Source of the DNA: Candidatus Saccharimonadota bacterium
GTDB taxonomy: Bacteria; Patescibacteriota; Saccharimonadia; Saccharimonadales; JAUPVS01
Direction: 5' to 3'
DNA length: 49,200 bases
Assembly (NCBI GenBank): GCA_037139495.1
Contig: JBAXGG010000003.1
Span: forward strand, 1 to 49,200
Each line of letters begins with the position of its first letter. Within the stretch, counting starts at the first letter, position 1. Positions 19,464 to 29,313 of this stretch are shown here, piece by piece. Below the pieces are notes generated by a model, which did not search any database, was not told where the DNA came from, and worked only from the letters and a program-made list of their open reading frames with translations. Made by a program: the position numbers and the translations under genes.

Positions 19464-20893
19464 TGTACAAGACGACTATCGGTATAGAATGCCATGTTCA
19501 ATTAAAAACCAAAACTAAACTTTTCTCGGCGGTTGGTAACGACGCTCGCGAGGCGACACCTAACACTCTGATTAGCCACATCGACTTGGGTATGCCCGGA
19601 GCCTTACCGGTATTGAACGAAAAAGCGCTGGAACTTGGCATCCGGGCCGGCTTTGCATTAGGCACCGAGCCCCAATACTTTAGCAAGTTTGATCGAAAGC
19701 ATTATTTTTACCCTGATTTACCAATGGGCTATCAAATTACCCAGTTCTACAACCCGATCATTCGAGGCGGTGAGGTTAACATTACTGTTGATGGCCAGCC
19801 TAAAAAAATCCGAATTCATGAAGCACATCTAGAGGCCGACGCCGGCAAGTCAACTCACCCAATTGGCAAAGACTACAGTCTGGTCGACCTAAACCGAGCT
19901 GGTACTCCGTTGCTAGAAATAGTTTCCGAGCCAGATATGCACTCCTCTATAGAAGCTAAAACCTACGCCAAAGAACTGTGGCTGTTGATGCGCTATGCCC
20001 GAGTATCCGAAGCCAGTTTGTATTATGGCAATATGCGTTTTGACGTTAACGTATCGCTAAGCAAGACCGATGTGCTTGGCACTAGGACCGAGACTAAAAA
20101 CCTGAATAGCTTCAAAGCCGTCGAAAAAGCCATCGAATACGAAGTTAAGCGCCAGGCCTCTATTATGAATAAAGGTGGCAAGATTAATCAAGAAACACTA
20201 GGTTGGGATGAGTCTAAGCAAAAAACCTACTCCATGCGCAGTAAAGAAGAAGCGCACGACTACCGATATATGCCCGAGCCTGATATTCCGCCAATTGAAC
20301 TGACAGAAGCTATGATCAAGCCAATTCGAGACTCAATGCCTGTTATGCCTGACGAGTGGCGTAAACGCCTAATCGGTTTAGGCATGGATCAAAGCCAAAC
20401 TGACACTTTACTTGAAGCAGAGGTTGATGGCGAAGCTAGTTATCTGGGTATTATAGAATCTAATCTAGCTAATTCCGAGAAAGCCAAAGCCCTAGCCAAT
20501 TGGTTCGTTAATACCGAGATTCCGCTAGGCCTCAAAGCCGACAACAAGCTACGGGTTAAGTTGTATGATTCTGTCTATGATTTAGTTAAAGCCGGTAAGC
20601 TAAGTTCAACCGGATCGAAAGCTTTAATTGTTAAGCTTCTTCCAGAAGGAAAACTTCCAGAAAACCTTGAGGTCTACGCCCAAGAAAAAGGCTACATTCA
20701 AGTTTCGGACACCGGCACTATCGAAAAAATCGTCGCTGGTGTTCTGGATGCTAACCCTGGCGCCGCAGAAGACATCAAAAATGGCGAGATGAAGGCTATC
20801 GGCTTTTTAGTAGGACAGGTTATGAAGGAATCCAAGGGCCAAGCCAACCCACAACTAGCCCAGGAACTGATAATAAAGCAACTTGGCCTCTAA
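19463..20893 (+). CDS. gatB: Asp/Glu-tRNA amidotransferase subunit B
   Basis: IGIECHVQL, FDRKHYFYPDLP, DLNRAGTPLLEIVSEP, KNLNSF, DYRYMPEPD, C-terminal Yqey domain. Confidence 0.98.
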   Translation: MYKTTIGIECHVQLKTKTKLFSAVGNDAREATPNTLISHIDLGMPGALPVLNEKALELGIRAGFALGTEPQYFSKFDRKHYFYPDLPMGYQITQFYNPIIRGGEVNITVDGQPKKIRIHEAHLEADAGKSTHPIGKDYSLVDLNRAGTPLLEIVSEPDMHSSIEAKTYAKELWLLMRYARVSEASLYYGNMRFDVNVSLSKTDVLGTRTETKNLNSFKAVEKAIEYEVKRQASIMNKGGKINQETLGWDESKQKTYSMRSKEEAHDYRYMPEPDIPPIELTEAMIKPIRDSMPVMPDEWRKRLIGLGMDQSQTDTLLEAEVDGEASYLGIIESNLANSEKAKALANWFVNTEIPLGLKADNKLRVKLYDSVYDLVKAGKLSSTGSKALIVKLLPEGKLPENLEVYAQEKGYIQVSDTGTIEKIVAGVLDANPGAAEDIKNGEMKAIGFLVGQVMKESKGQANPQLAQELIIKQLGL

Positions 20894-20917
20894 AAATCAC
20901 ATGATACAATTAAGCTA

Positions 20918-21811
20918 ATGAGCCAAAAGCCTGTTAGAAAAGCTGTCATTGCCGCCGCCGGCTTTGGTACCCGATTCTTGCCACAAACTAAGGCTATGCC
21001 TAAAGAGATGCTACCCCTGGTTGACAAGCCGATTATTCAGTATATTGTCGAAGAGCTGGTTGGCTCCGGAATAGAAGACATTGTTATTGTGACAGGCTAT
21101 CACAAGCGATCCGTCGAGGATCATTTTGATAACATGAGCGCCGATTTGCGCAAAAACTTGCATGATGCCGGTAAGGAAGACCTGCTGGAGCAAACTAAAA
21201 AGATCTCTAACCTAGCCAACTTCGCATATATCCGACAAAAAGGTCCACATGGTAATGCTACTCCAGTTTTTAATGCCGCACACCTAATTGGCAATGAACC
21301 TTTCATATATACTTTTGCGGATGACTTCATTATGGCTAAACCACTGCGCTTCAAGCAAATGATCGACCTATATCATAAGCACGGCAGTAGTATCATTTCT
21401 TGCATGAAAATTGACCGGGATGAGGACTACGACAATTATGGCATTGTAGCCGGTGATGAAATTGAACCGGGATTAATCAAGATGTCGACAATCCTAGAAA
21501 AACCCGGTAAAGATAAAGCACCAAGCAACCTGGCTAGTGTTAGTGGTTACTTGTTTACTCCTGACATTTTTGAGTACATCGATCAATCTAGGGAAGTAAT
21601 CGAGCCTGGAAAAGAGCTACAAATCCAGACGGCTATGCAGATGATGATCAATGACGGCAAAAAGCTGCTTGCTTACCAAATTCAAAATGGTAAGTATTAT
21701 GATACCGGAAACAAGCTGGAGTATTTAAAAACAGTCGTAGATTTTGCATTGGAGCATGATGACATTAAGGATGATTTTGCGAAATTCCTTCGTACGAAGA
21801 TTGACCGGTAA
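20918..21811 (+). CDS. galU: UTP-glucose-1-phosphate uridylyltransferase
   Basis: KAVIAAAGFGTRFLP.TK.MPKEMLP, EKP, DTGN. Confidence 0.93.
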   Translation: MSQKPVRKAVIAAAGFGTRFLPQTKAMPKEMLPLVDKPIIQYIVEELVGSGIEDIVIVTGYHKRSVEDHFDNMSADLRKNLHDAGKEDLLEQTKKISNLANFAYIRQKGPHGNATPVFNAAHLIGNEPFIYTFADDFIMAKPLRFKQMIDLYHKHGSSIISCMKIDRDEDYDNYGIVAGDEIEPGLIKMSTILEKPGKDKAPSNLASVSGYLFTPDIFEYIDQSREVIEPGKELQIQTAMQMMINDGKKLLAYQIQNGKYYDTGNKLEYLKTVVDFALEHDDIKDDFAKFLRTKIDR

Positions 21812-21825
21812 GGTATAATACGGGC

Positions 21826-22083
21826 ATGAGTACAGAAACAAGCCTGACAATTTTGGTCGTAATTCTATCAATTACCCTGGCTGCGACTTTAATTTTATGC
21901 ATTATTCTGCTAGTAAAACTAATCAAGATTTCTAATACCGTCCAAAGAATTACCGACCGAGCCGAACAAATTGCCGACAAAGCTGAGGCCGTTAGCGAAA
22001 TGATCGAGAACAGCAATGGCGTAATGGCTTTCGGGCGATTAGTAGCTAATGTTGCCGAAATGTTTAATCGTAAGAAGAAATAA
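21826..22083 (+). CDS. Small membrane protein with coiled coil (YoxC/YtxG-like)
   Basis: Single N-terminal TM followed by heptad helix; directly upstream of a YtxH-like gene. Confidence 0.7.
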   Translation: MSTETSLTILVVILSITLAATLILCIILLVKLIKISNTVQRITDRAEQIADKAEAVSEMIENSNGVMAFGRLVANVAEMFNRKKK

Positions 22084-22096
22084 GAGGATTAACACC

Positions 22097-22513
22097 ATGG
22101 GAAAAGCAAAAAATGTAGCCATCGGAGCGATGATTGCAGGTGTAGCTGGATATGTAACCGGCATTTTGACTGCCCCAAAAAGTGGCAAAGAAACTCGCAA
22201 GGACATAAAAGACAAGGCTATGCAAACAAAAGTAGAAGCTGAGAAGCAGCTTAAACAACTCCACAGCCAGCTAGACTTGCTACTTAAGAAGGGTAAGGCA
22301 GCTTCGGCCAAACTATCCAACAGTGCTAAGGTAGAATGGGAAAAAATCTCTAAAGCAGCCACAGCTAGTAAGGAAAAGGTTCGAGCTGTCTTGAGTTCTG
22401 TCCATGAAGGTGGAACTGACGATAAAGACCTCCAGCAAGCAATAAGTGACGCTAACACTGCCGTCAACCATCTAAAAGATTATATTGCCAAAAACGCCAA
22501 AGCTAAAAGTTAA
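22097..22513 (+). CDS. YtxH-domain protein
   Basis: GA.IAG..G...GIL.APKSGKETR motif; ATG 22097 with SD GAGGA. Confidence 0.88.
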   Translation: MGKAKNVAIGAMIAGVAGYVTGILTAPKSGKETRKDIKDKAMQTKVEAEKQLKQLHSQLDLLLKKGKAASAKLSNSAKVEWEKISKAATASKEKVRAVLSSVHEGGTDDKDLQQAISDANTAVNHLKDYIAKNAKAKS

Positions 22514-22571
22514 TTTCACGCCCCTCGAACAGAGTAAATAAGCTATAATAGCTATATAACTCGAGGGATTA

Positions 22572-25500
22572 ATGCCAGGAAAACCACTTTTACCAAGTGA
22601 TTACGTGCATCTGCACAATCACACCCAATATAGTCTACTAGACGGTCTTTCTAAAGTACCGGCTTTATTCGATCACGTCCAAAAAGCCGGTATGGAAGCC
22701 GTAGCTATCACCGATCACGGAACACTGTCTGGTCTAATTGAATTTTACAAAGAAGGCAAGGCTCGCGGTGTTAACCCGATACTTGGCATGGAAGCTTATG
22801 TGGCGACTCGTAAGCACACCGATAAAGAAGCAGGCAGAGACAAGCTCTATTACCACTTAATTATTTTAGCCATGAACAATGTTGGCTATCAGAATTTGAT
22901 GGCTCTAAGCACCAAGGCTAACCTAGAAGGCTTTTACTACAAACCTCGAATCGATCATGAGTTATTGGAAGAATATAACGAAGGGCTAATAGTATTAAGT
23001 GGCTGTATCGGTGGTGAAATTGGTGACTTGCTACGCCAGGACCAGTACGATAAGGCTAAAGAAGTGGCTGTTTGGTACAAAAAAGTTTTTGGCGACCGGT
23101 ACTATCTGGAGGTTCAGGATCATGGTCATCCCGACCATCCAGCGCGATGGGACGAACAGGTTCCTGTTACCGAAAAAACCTTAAAACTTTCTAAAGAATT
23201 AGATATCCCATCGGTCGTAACCTGTGACGCCCACTACCTAGATCATAAAGATCAGGAGGCACACGAAATACTTCTATGTGTCCAAACTGGCTCATATCTA
23301 ACCGATGAAAACCGAATGAGCCTAAAAAACTTTGAGTTGCATCTTACCGATCCGGTCGAAGTAATTAAGCGGTGGGGTAAGGATCACCCGGAATTAATTA
23401 GTAATACTAGGAAAATTGCCCTCCGCTGTGTAGTTGACATTGAGCTTGGTAAGATTTTGATTCCTAAATTCCCGGTTCCCAAAAACGAAAGTGAAAAAAG
23501 TTACCTAGAAAAGTCAGTCTACAGTGGCTTGGCTTGGCGCTACGGTGGAGTTGAGGAAGCGGACAGTCAAAAAATGACTCCAGCCGAAGCTCGCAAAACT
23601 TTACCCAAGGAAGTTGTCGAGCGTGCTTCCTATGAATTATCAGTCATCAACACGATGGGTTTTAACGGATATTTCCTGATAATTTCAGATTTAATCAACG
23701 CTAGTAAAGATAAAGGTATCGTATTTGGCCCTGGCCGCGGGTCGGCAGCCGGGTCGATTATTGCATACTCCCTAAAGATTACCGAGCTTGATCCATTGGA
23801 ATACGATCTGCTTTTTGAACGCTTTTTGAACCCCGACCGTATCTCGATGCCGGATATAGACATTGATATTCAGGATAGCCGAAGAAACGAAGTTATTCAG
23901 TATTGTATTGATAAATACGGTACTAATCGGGTAGCCAACATCGTTACTTTTGGGCGAATGGCGGCGCGTAACGCAGTTCGTGATGTGGCTCGGGTTTTGC
24001 AAGTTCCGTATGCTGATGCTGACCGTTTGGCCAAGATGATCCCTCCGCCTATTCAGGGCCGCCACATTCTTTTATCAACATCACTCAAAGATGATATGGA
24101 TCTGAAAAACGAGTATGAAACTAGCGAGCAATCTAAACGAGTTTTTGATCTGGCCGTTCAATTGGAGGGTACGATTAGGAGTCACGGCGTTCATGCTGCT
24201 GGTGTGGTGATAGCGCCTGATGACATCGTTAAGTTTGCGCCGCTTGAAATGGCCCAAAAGGGCGTGGTTGCGACTCAATATTCAATGAATCCAATAGAAG
24301 AGCTAGGACTGCTAAAAATGGACTTCTTGGGCCTCTCCAACTTGACGATCATAAAGAATGCCCTACGAATTATTAAGAAGGTTCACGGCGAAGATATTGA
24401 TATTAACAGATTGCCACTGGATGATTCTAAAACATTCGAATTGCTACAACGGGGTGATACAACAGGAGTATTCCAGTTTGAATCCCCCGGTATGAAGCGG
24501 TACCTACGTGAATTAAGACCAACAGAGTTTGATGATGTTATCGCCATGGGCGCGTTATATCGTCCTGGCCCTCTCAGCGCCGGGCTGACAGATAGTTTTA
24601 TTAAAAGAAAAAATGGCAAAGAAGAAACCAGCTATGCTCACCCTCTAATGAAACCCGCCTTAGAGAGTACCTATGGAGTTCTAGTTTACCAGGAGCAGTT
24701 TATGCAGATCTCTCGTGACGTTTGTGGATTCACTGGTGGTGAAGCCGATACTCTGCGCAAGGCGATTGGTAAAAAGAACCGCGAAATGATGGTTAAAATG
24801 GAGAAGCGGTTCGAGGAAGGTGCTGTCGAAAATGGCGTCGATCGCGAGCTGATTCAAAAATTTTGGAAACAGCTACTCGGTTTTGCAGACTATTGCTTTA
24901 ACAAGTCACACTCAGCATGTTACGGTTTAATTTCATACCAAACGGCTTACTTGAAAGCACACTACCCAGACGCCTTTATGGCAGCCCTGATGACCAGTGA
25001 TTTTGATGATACAGACAGGCTGGCGATTGAGATTACCGAATGTAAAAATATGGGAATTCAGGTTTTGCCTCCAGATATTATAGAATCTTTCTTGGAATTT
25101 GCGGTTATGCCTGGTCAAAAACAAATTCGATTTGGACTTAAAGCTATAAAAAATGTTGGTTCTGGCGCAGTAGAAGAAATACTACGAGCCCGTGAAATAA
25201 ATGGTGGATTTGCTAGTCTCGAAGATTTTGCTAGCAAAGTGAGCGCCCGGATTGTAAACCGTAAAACCATAGAGAGCCTAATTAAAGCCGGCGCCTTTGA
25301 CCGCTTTGCCGACAGGAATGTTCTGGTCGGTAATCTTGATGCTTTGGTAGCCTACGCTAACCGTCTCCAAAAAGAGGCCAACAGTGGCCAAACTGATTTG
25401 TTTGGTGATCATGAAGGGGTGATAATTGCACCCAAGCTGGTGCTGGATACAGCGGTTGAAAAACATAACTCCCGTGAGCAGCTGCAGTGGGAACGTGATC

Positions 25501-26192
25501 TATTGGGCTTGTACCTTTCCCAGCATCCCTTGAAGGCTTATGACGACTTCTTGACCGAGCAATCGATACCTTTGAGTGAACTTAAGCCGGAACATGATGG
25601 TAAATCTGTAATAGTGGCCGGCAGTATAAATGAACTACGTGAGATTACTACCAAAAAAGGCCAAAAGATGGCATTCATCAAGATCGCCGATATGAAGGGC
25701 GAAATTGAGTTAATATTATTCCCTAATGCCTACCGGCAAACTACCGGTATCTGGGTTCGCGACCACGTTGTTTTAGTACAGGGCAAGGTAAATGCGAAAG
25801 ACCGAGATGGCAACCAGTCTGATGAAGTTAAAATTATGGTGGATGACGCTCGCGAGGTGACAGTTGAACAAGCCCAGGCTTACCAGGCAAAAGGTAAACC
25901 AATGAAGGTTCCTAAACCGCGGAAAGCGGTAACAGTCAATTCTGCCCCACCCGACCCCAAAAAAACCGCCGTACGTCTGTATATCCGCCTAGAGGATAGC
26001 GGCAACCAAGATCTGCTAGTTTCGCTAAAAGAAACAATAGATGTTAATGATGGAGAAACCGAAGTAGTTTTAGTGCTAGGCCCAGAAAAAAGTAAACAAG
26101 TAGTTAAGCTCCCTAGTCGCGTTAACTGTGATACTGCCGTAGTTGAACAGATACGGGAGCTAGTCGGTGTGACTAACGTTAAACTGCAATAA
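22572..26192 (+). CDS. dnaE: DNA polymerase III alpha subunit
   Basis: PHP domain HLHNH/TDH, GRGSAAGS, MPDIDID, HAAG, FNKSH, OB fold. Confidence 0.98.
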   Translation: MPGKPLLPSDYVHLHNHTQYSLLDGLSKVPALFDHVQKAGMEAVAITDHGTLSGLIEFYKEGKARGVNPILGMEAYVATRKHTDKEAGRDKLYYHLIILAMNNVGYQNLMALSTKANLEGFYYKPRIDHELLEEYNEGLIVLSGCIGGEIGDLLRQDQYDKAKEVAVWYKKVFGDRYYLEVQDHGHPDHPARWDEQVPVTEKTLKLSKELDIPSVVTCDAHYLDHKDQEAHEILLCVQTGSYLTDENRMSLKNFELHLTDPVEVIKRWGKDHPELISNTRKIALRCVVDIELGKILIPKFPVPKNESEKSYLEKSVYSGLAWRYGGVEEADSQKMTPAEARKTLPKEVVERASYELSVINTMGFNGYFLIISDLINASKDKGIVFGPGRGSAAGSIIAYSLKITELDPLEYDLLFERFLNPDRISMPDIDIDIQDSRRNEVIQYCIDKYGTNRVANIVTFGRMAARNAVRDVARVLQVPYADADRLAKMIPPPIQGRHILLSTSLKDDMDLKNEYETSEQSKRVFDLAVQLEGTIRSHGVHAAGVVIAPDDIVKFAPLEMAQKGVVATQYSMNPIEELGLLKMDFLGLSNLTIIKNALRIIKKVHGEDIDINRLPLDDSKTFELLQRGDTTGVFQFESPGMKRYLRELRPTEFDDVIAMGALYRPGPLSAGLTDSFIKRKNGKEETSYAHPLMKPALESTYGVLVYQEQFMQISRDVCGFTGGEADTLRKAIGKKNREMMVKMEKRFEEGAVENGVDRELIQKFWKQLLGFADYCFNKSHSACYGLISYQTAYLKAHYPDAFMAALMTSDFDDTDRLAIEITECKNMGIQVLPPDIIESFLEFAVMPGQKQIRFGLKAIKNVGSGAVEEILRAREINGGFASLEDFASKVSARIVNRKTIESLIKAGAFDRFADRNVLVGNLDALVAYANRLQKEANSGQTDLFGDHEGVIIAPKLVLDTAVEKHNSREQLQWERDLLGLYLSQHPLKAYDDFLTEQSIPLSELKPEHDGKSVIVAGSINELREITTKKGQKMAFIKIADMKGEIELILFPNAYRQTTGIWVRDHVVLVQGKVNAKDRDGNQSDEVKIMVDDAREVTVEQAQAYQAKGKPMKVPKPRKAVTVNSAPPDPKKTAVRLYIRLEDSGNQDLLVSLKETIDVNDGETEVVLVLGPEKSKQVVKLPSRVNCDTAVVEQIRELVGVTNVKLQ

Positions 26193-26193
26193 C

Positions 26194-27075
26194 CTAGCGG
26201 ATTAAACCAATACTCTGAGACAATAGGACACACAGGCCGATAAAGACAACCAAAGTAATATCTAGAATGGGGTGATGCAGGATAAAACGTTCGCCTTTAC
26301 GAAGCTTGCGATGAATCAGGACGCTATTTTTTATAAGTACGTAAGCTAAACTGAGTCCGCCAGCTATGCCTAAGGCAAACGTGACCCACGGTGCTTGACC
26401 GCTAGTCATCGCCTGGGCTTTACTGATTGTCTGGTTGGCTTCACGAACGAAGGGGTTATCGGTGTTATAACCGGCGCTACTAGGGTTAGCAACACCTAAA
26501 CCAGCTGGTTTTTTGCCTGGCTGAGCGTAGAGAGCAACAACTATTGTTTCCGGACCATGGCCTTGAAAGTCAGGGCTATTGACGATTCCAAATCCGACTT
26601 CTGTATAACGATTATCAAGCAGGTTAGCTTTATGTGCGGGGCTATTTAACCAGCCTTTAATTACTTCATTACTGTCAACAAAGCCGTAGGCTAGATTCTC
26701 GCCAGCTTTCTGATATTGGTAAGTTGTGGAGTCGATGAAGGCCCAGGGAGTTCTACCGTCGGGTGTGATGTGAGACCAATAGTTTCGGGTGACCATATCC
26801 TGGGCTTTGGCATTTGCAGCCTGGTCTAATTGAGAGTTTTCATTAAGAATAGCCTGATTATTAGATTGGCGGGCAGCGTTAGTATCAACTAGTAAAGAGT
26901 TAGCACTGACTTCAGACGTGTATTCAAGCACTCCACGCTGCGAGCGGTAAACGGAAGAATGGCCAAGCCATATGCCTGAAAGAACTAATAAGAATAATGG
27001 CAAATAGGGCCAGTACACCTTGTTAAAGTGGTGCGGAAATTTTTTACTTTGGTGATTTTTTGTTTTAACCGGCAT
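26194..27075 (-). CDS. CAP/SCP-domain membrane protein
   Basis: N..R, AA..KA.DM...YWSH, GENLA, WLNSPAH..N; one N-terminal and two C-terminal TM segments. Confidence 0.88.
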   Translation of the reverse strand: MPVKTKNHQSKKFPHHFNKVYWPYLPLFLLVLSGIWLGHSSVYRSQRGVLEYTSEVSANSLLVDTNAARQSNNQAILNENSQLDQAANAKAQDMVTRNYWSHITPDGRTPWAFIDSTTYQYQKAGENLAYGFVDSNEVIKGWLNSPAHKANLLDNRYTEVGFGIVNSPDFQGHGPETIVVALYAQPGKKPAGLGVANPSSAGYNTDNPFVREANQTISKAQAMTSGQAPWVTFALGIAGGLSLAYVLIKNSVLIHRKLRKGERFILHHPILDITLVVFIGLCVLLSQSIGLIR

Positions 27076-27110
27076 CCGGGTCCTATTGTACGTCGCTTAT
27101 GCCAATAAAA

Positions 27111-27602
27111 TCAAGTGAAACGACAGTGATAAAGTGCCATAGCTGCAGCCTGAACGACATTAAAAGACTCTTTTTTACCAAACATTGGGATTACCAGCTG
27201 TAAATCAGTCAGATTTAAAACTGACTTTTCGATCCCCTCAACTTCACGTCCTAAGATTATTGCTAGCTTGGCGGCTGGCTGGTATTCATTCAGGTTGATA
27301 GCTTCCGGGGTCTGTTCTAAACCAGCAATAACAAAACCCTGGTCATGCAAATCTTCAATAACTGCGTTAATATCACCCTGTTGCCAGCTTTGGCTGGTTT
27401 CGGCACCGAGAGCCGTTTTCTTGATTTGCTTATCGATTTTGCCGGCCTGGTGGGGTATGCGTCCATCAGAAGTTGACAGTGGGTAGGGAGTGTAGCCGGT
27501 CAGGTAAACTGTTCTCACGCCCAAGCCCTCAGCAGTTCTTAGCAGCGAACCAACATTATGAGTGCTACGTAAGTTATGGGCGATTACAACAAGTTCATTC
27601 AT
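27111..27602 (-). CDS. TrmH/SpoU-family RNA 2'-O-methyltransferase
   Basis: HNVGSLLRT, LGREVEG, IPMFGKKESFNV SPOUT motifs. Confidence 0.92.
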   Translation of the reverse strand: MNELVVIAHNLRSTHNVGSLLRTAEGLGVRTVYLTGYTPYPLSTSDGRIPHQAGKIDKQIKKTALGAETSQSWQQGDINAVIEDLHDQGFVIAGLEQTPEAINLNEYQPAAKLAIILGREVEGIEKSVLNLTDLQLVIPMFGKKESFNVVQAAAMALYHCRFT

Positions 27603-27661
27603 GTAGACCCCATTATAGATATATATTCACGAGATGCGACTGCTTATGCTTTAATAGAGTT

Positions 27662-29266
27662 ATGAGCCAAGATGCCCGCCTCGACGAGGAACAGTCTACC
27701 CTACGCCGCGCCCGTATTTTAAATATGGCGTATATCGATACTTCTCAGATATCTAACAAACAACTTTACAAAGAGTTAATAACCGTACCAGATTTGTATA
27801 AACTTAAGGTCATTCCGCTTCAGGCTGACGACCATAACATAACTTTCGGCGTTACTAATACCACCTCACAACAAACGATAAAGGATCTGCGAAATCAATT
27901 TTTAGATCAGAGGGTTATATTCGCGCTTATTTCTGACGGTGGCTTCAGAGAATATATAAAATTGTATGACCCGCCAGCCAAAGTTGAATATCAGGATATT
28001 AGTATTAAACACCTAGCGGCCGACCAGCAGACGGTCGAGGATGTTTCGACAACTCTGGCTCAAGTCCGAGCTGATGATACTCTGGCATATCTGGTCCAGC
28101 AGGCCCATAAACTAGCTGCCTCGGATATTCACTTAGAGACACAACCGGATTTTGTAAGAGTCCGCTTGCGTATCGACGGGGTTCTTCATACTATCGCCAA
28201 ATTATCACCGGACAAGTACCGAACGTTAATCTCAGCTATCGCCAGCGCCGGGAACATTTCGACTTCATCGGATGATGCACAACAGGGCCATATTGCTCAA
28301 AAAGTTAAGATGGCCGATGGCGCGGCGGTTGATGTTAACCTGCGCCTAGAAACCGTACCGACCATCAACGGCATCGACGTAGTCATGCGCTTGTTCAATA
28401 TGGAACAAAGCATGTATCAGCTGGACAGACTAGGTCTTACCACTGAGCAGCGTAAGGTCGTCGACGACATTATTAGCCGGCCATCAGGGCTTGTGTTAGC
28501 TGTCGGTCCAACTGGCTCCGGTAAAACCACCACTCTTTACTCCATGCTCAACTCATTAAACAGTGACGAGCGTAAGATTATCACCATCGAAGATCCTGTA
28601 GAGTATCAGTTTAATGGTATTACTCAAATTTCGGTAACTTCAGCCAGCAGCAAAGAAACTAACTTCGCTGACAAGCTACGAGCTGTTCTAAGGCTCGACC
28701 CTGACATTATTATGGTAGGTGAGATACGTGATACAGATACCGCCAAAACTGCTTTACAGGCTTCGCTGACAGGCCACCTGGTACTTTCTACCTTCCATGC
28801 TTCTTCGGCAGCCGCGGCTCTGACCCGAATGATGGATATTATTGGCGAGAACCCATTGTTTGTTTCGGCAATTAGGTTAGTTATGGCCCAACGCTTAGTG
28901 CGCCGTTTAGATGACAAGCTTAAAGTTGCTTTTACTCCTGACGAAACCACGCTCGCTAAGATAAAAGAAGTTGTTGATTCGCTACCAGATAATATCAAAA
29001 AACCTGACTTAAATAACCTTAGTTTGTTTAATCCCGGCAAATCGCCCGATAATCCCTATGGCTTCAGTGGTCAAGTAGCTTTACGTGAACAATTTTTGAT
29101 GACCGGCGAAATCGGCGCTCTGATCCAAAAAGGCAAATCAACAACCGCTCAAGAGATTGAAGCTGCCGCTATAAAAAGTGGTATGCGTACCATGATTCAG
29201 GACGGCATTCTTAAAGTCATAGCCGGTGAAACTACTTTAGAAGAGGTTTACCGCGTAGTTGGCTAG
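27662..29266 (+). CDS. GspE/PilB-family type IV pilus/secretion ATPase
   Basis: ASDIHLE, RIDG.L, GPTGSGKTTT, TIEDPVE, DPDIIMVGEIRD, GHLVLSTFH; start set at ATG 27662 because the longer ORF overlaps the trmH-family gene. Confidence 0.92.
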   Translation: MSQDARLDEEQSTLRRARILNMAYIDTSQISNKQLYKELITVPDLYKLKVIPLQADDHNITFGVTNTTSQQTIKDLRNQFLDQRVIFALISDGGFREYIKLYDPPAKVEYQDISIKHLAADQQTVEDVSTTLAQVRADDTLAYLVQQAHKLAASDIHLETQPDFVRVRLRIDGVLHTIAKLSPDKYRTLISAIASAGNISTSSDDAQQGHIAQKVKMADGAAVDVNLRLETVPTINGIDVVMRLFNMEQSMYQLDRLGLTTEQRKVVDDIISRPSGLVLAVGPTGSGKTTTLYSMLNSLNSDERKIITIEDPVEYQFNGITQISVTSASSKETNFADKLRAVLRLDPDIIMVGEIRDTDTAKTALQASLTGHLVLSTFHASSAAAALTRMMDIIGENPLFVSAIRLVMAQRLVRRLDDKLKVAFTPDETTLAKIKEVVDSLPDNIKKPDLNNLSLFNPGKSPDNPYGFSGQVALREQFLMTGEIGALIQKGKSTTAQEIEAAAIKSGMRTMIQDGILKVIAGETTLEEVYRVVG

Positions 29267-29275
29267 TATTTGGTC

Positions 29276-29304
29276 TTGCAAATAACAGAGAAGTCGTGTA
29301 ACAT
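29276..29304 (+). promoter_or_regulatory. Putative sigma70 promoter of rplS
   Basis: TTGCAA(29276)-N17-TAACAT(29299), 9 nt before ATG 29314. Confidence 0.55.
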
Positions 29305-29313
29305 TGTTTGGAT

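Noticed and set aside
27473-27661. Cys/His-rich N-terminal extension of the PilB-like ORF
   Set aside because: It overlaps the divergent trmH-family gene and its promoter; ATG 27662 is the plausible start
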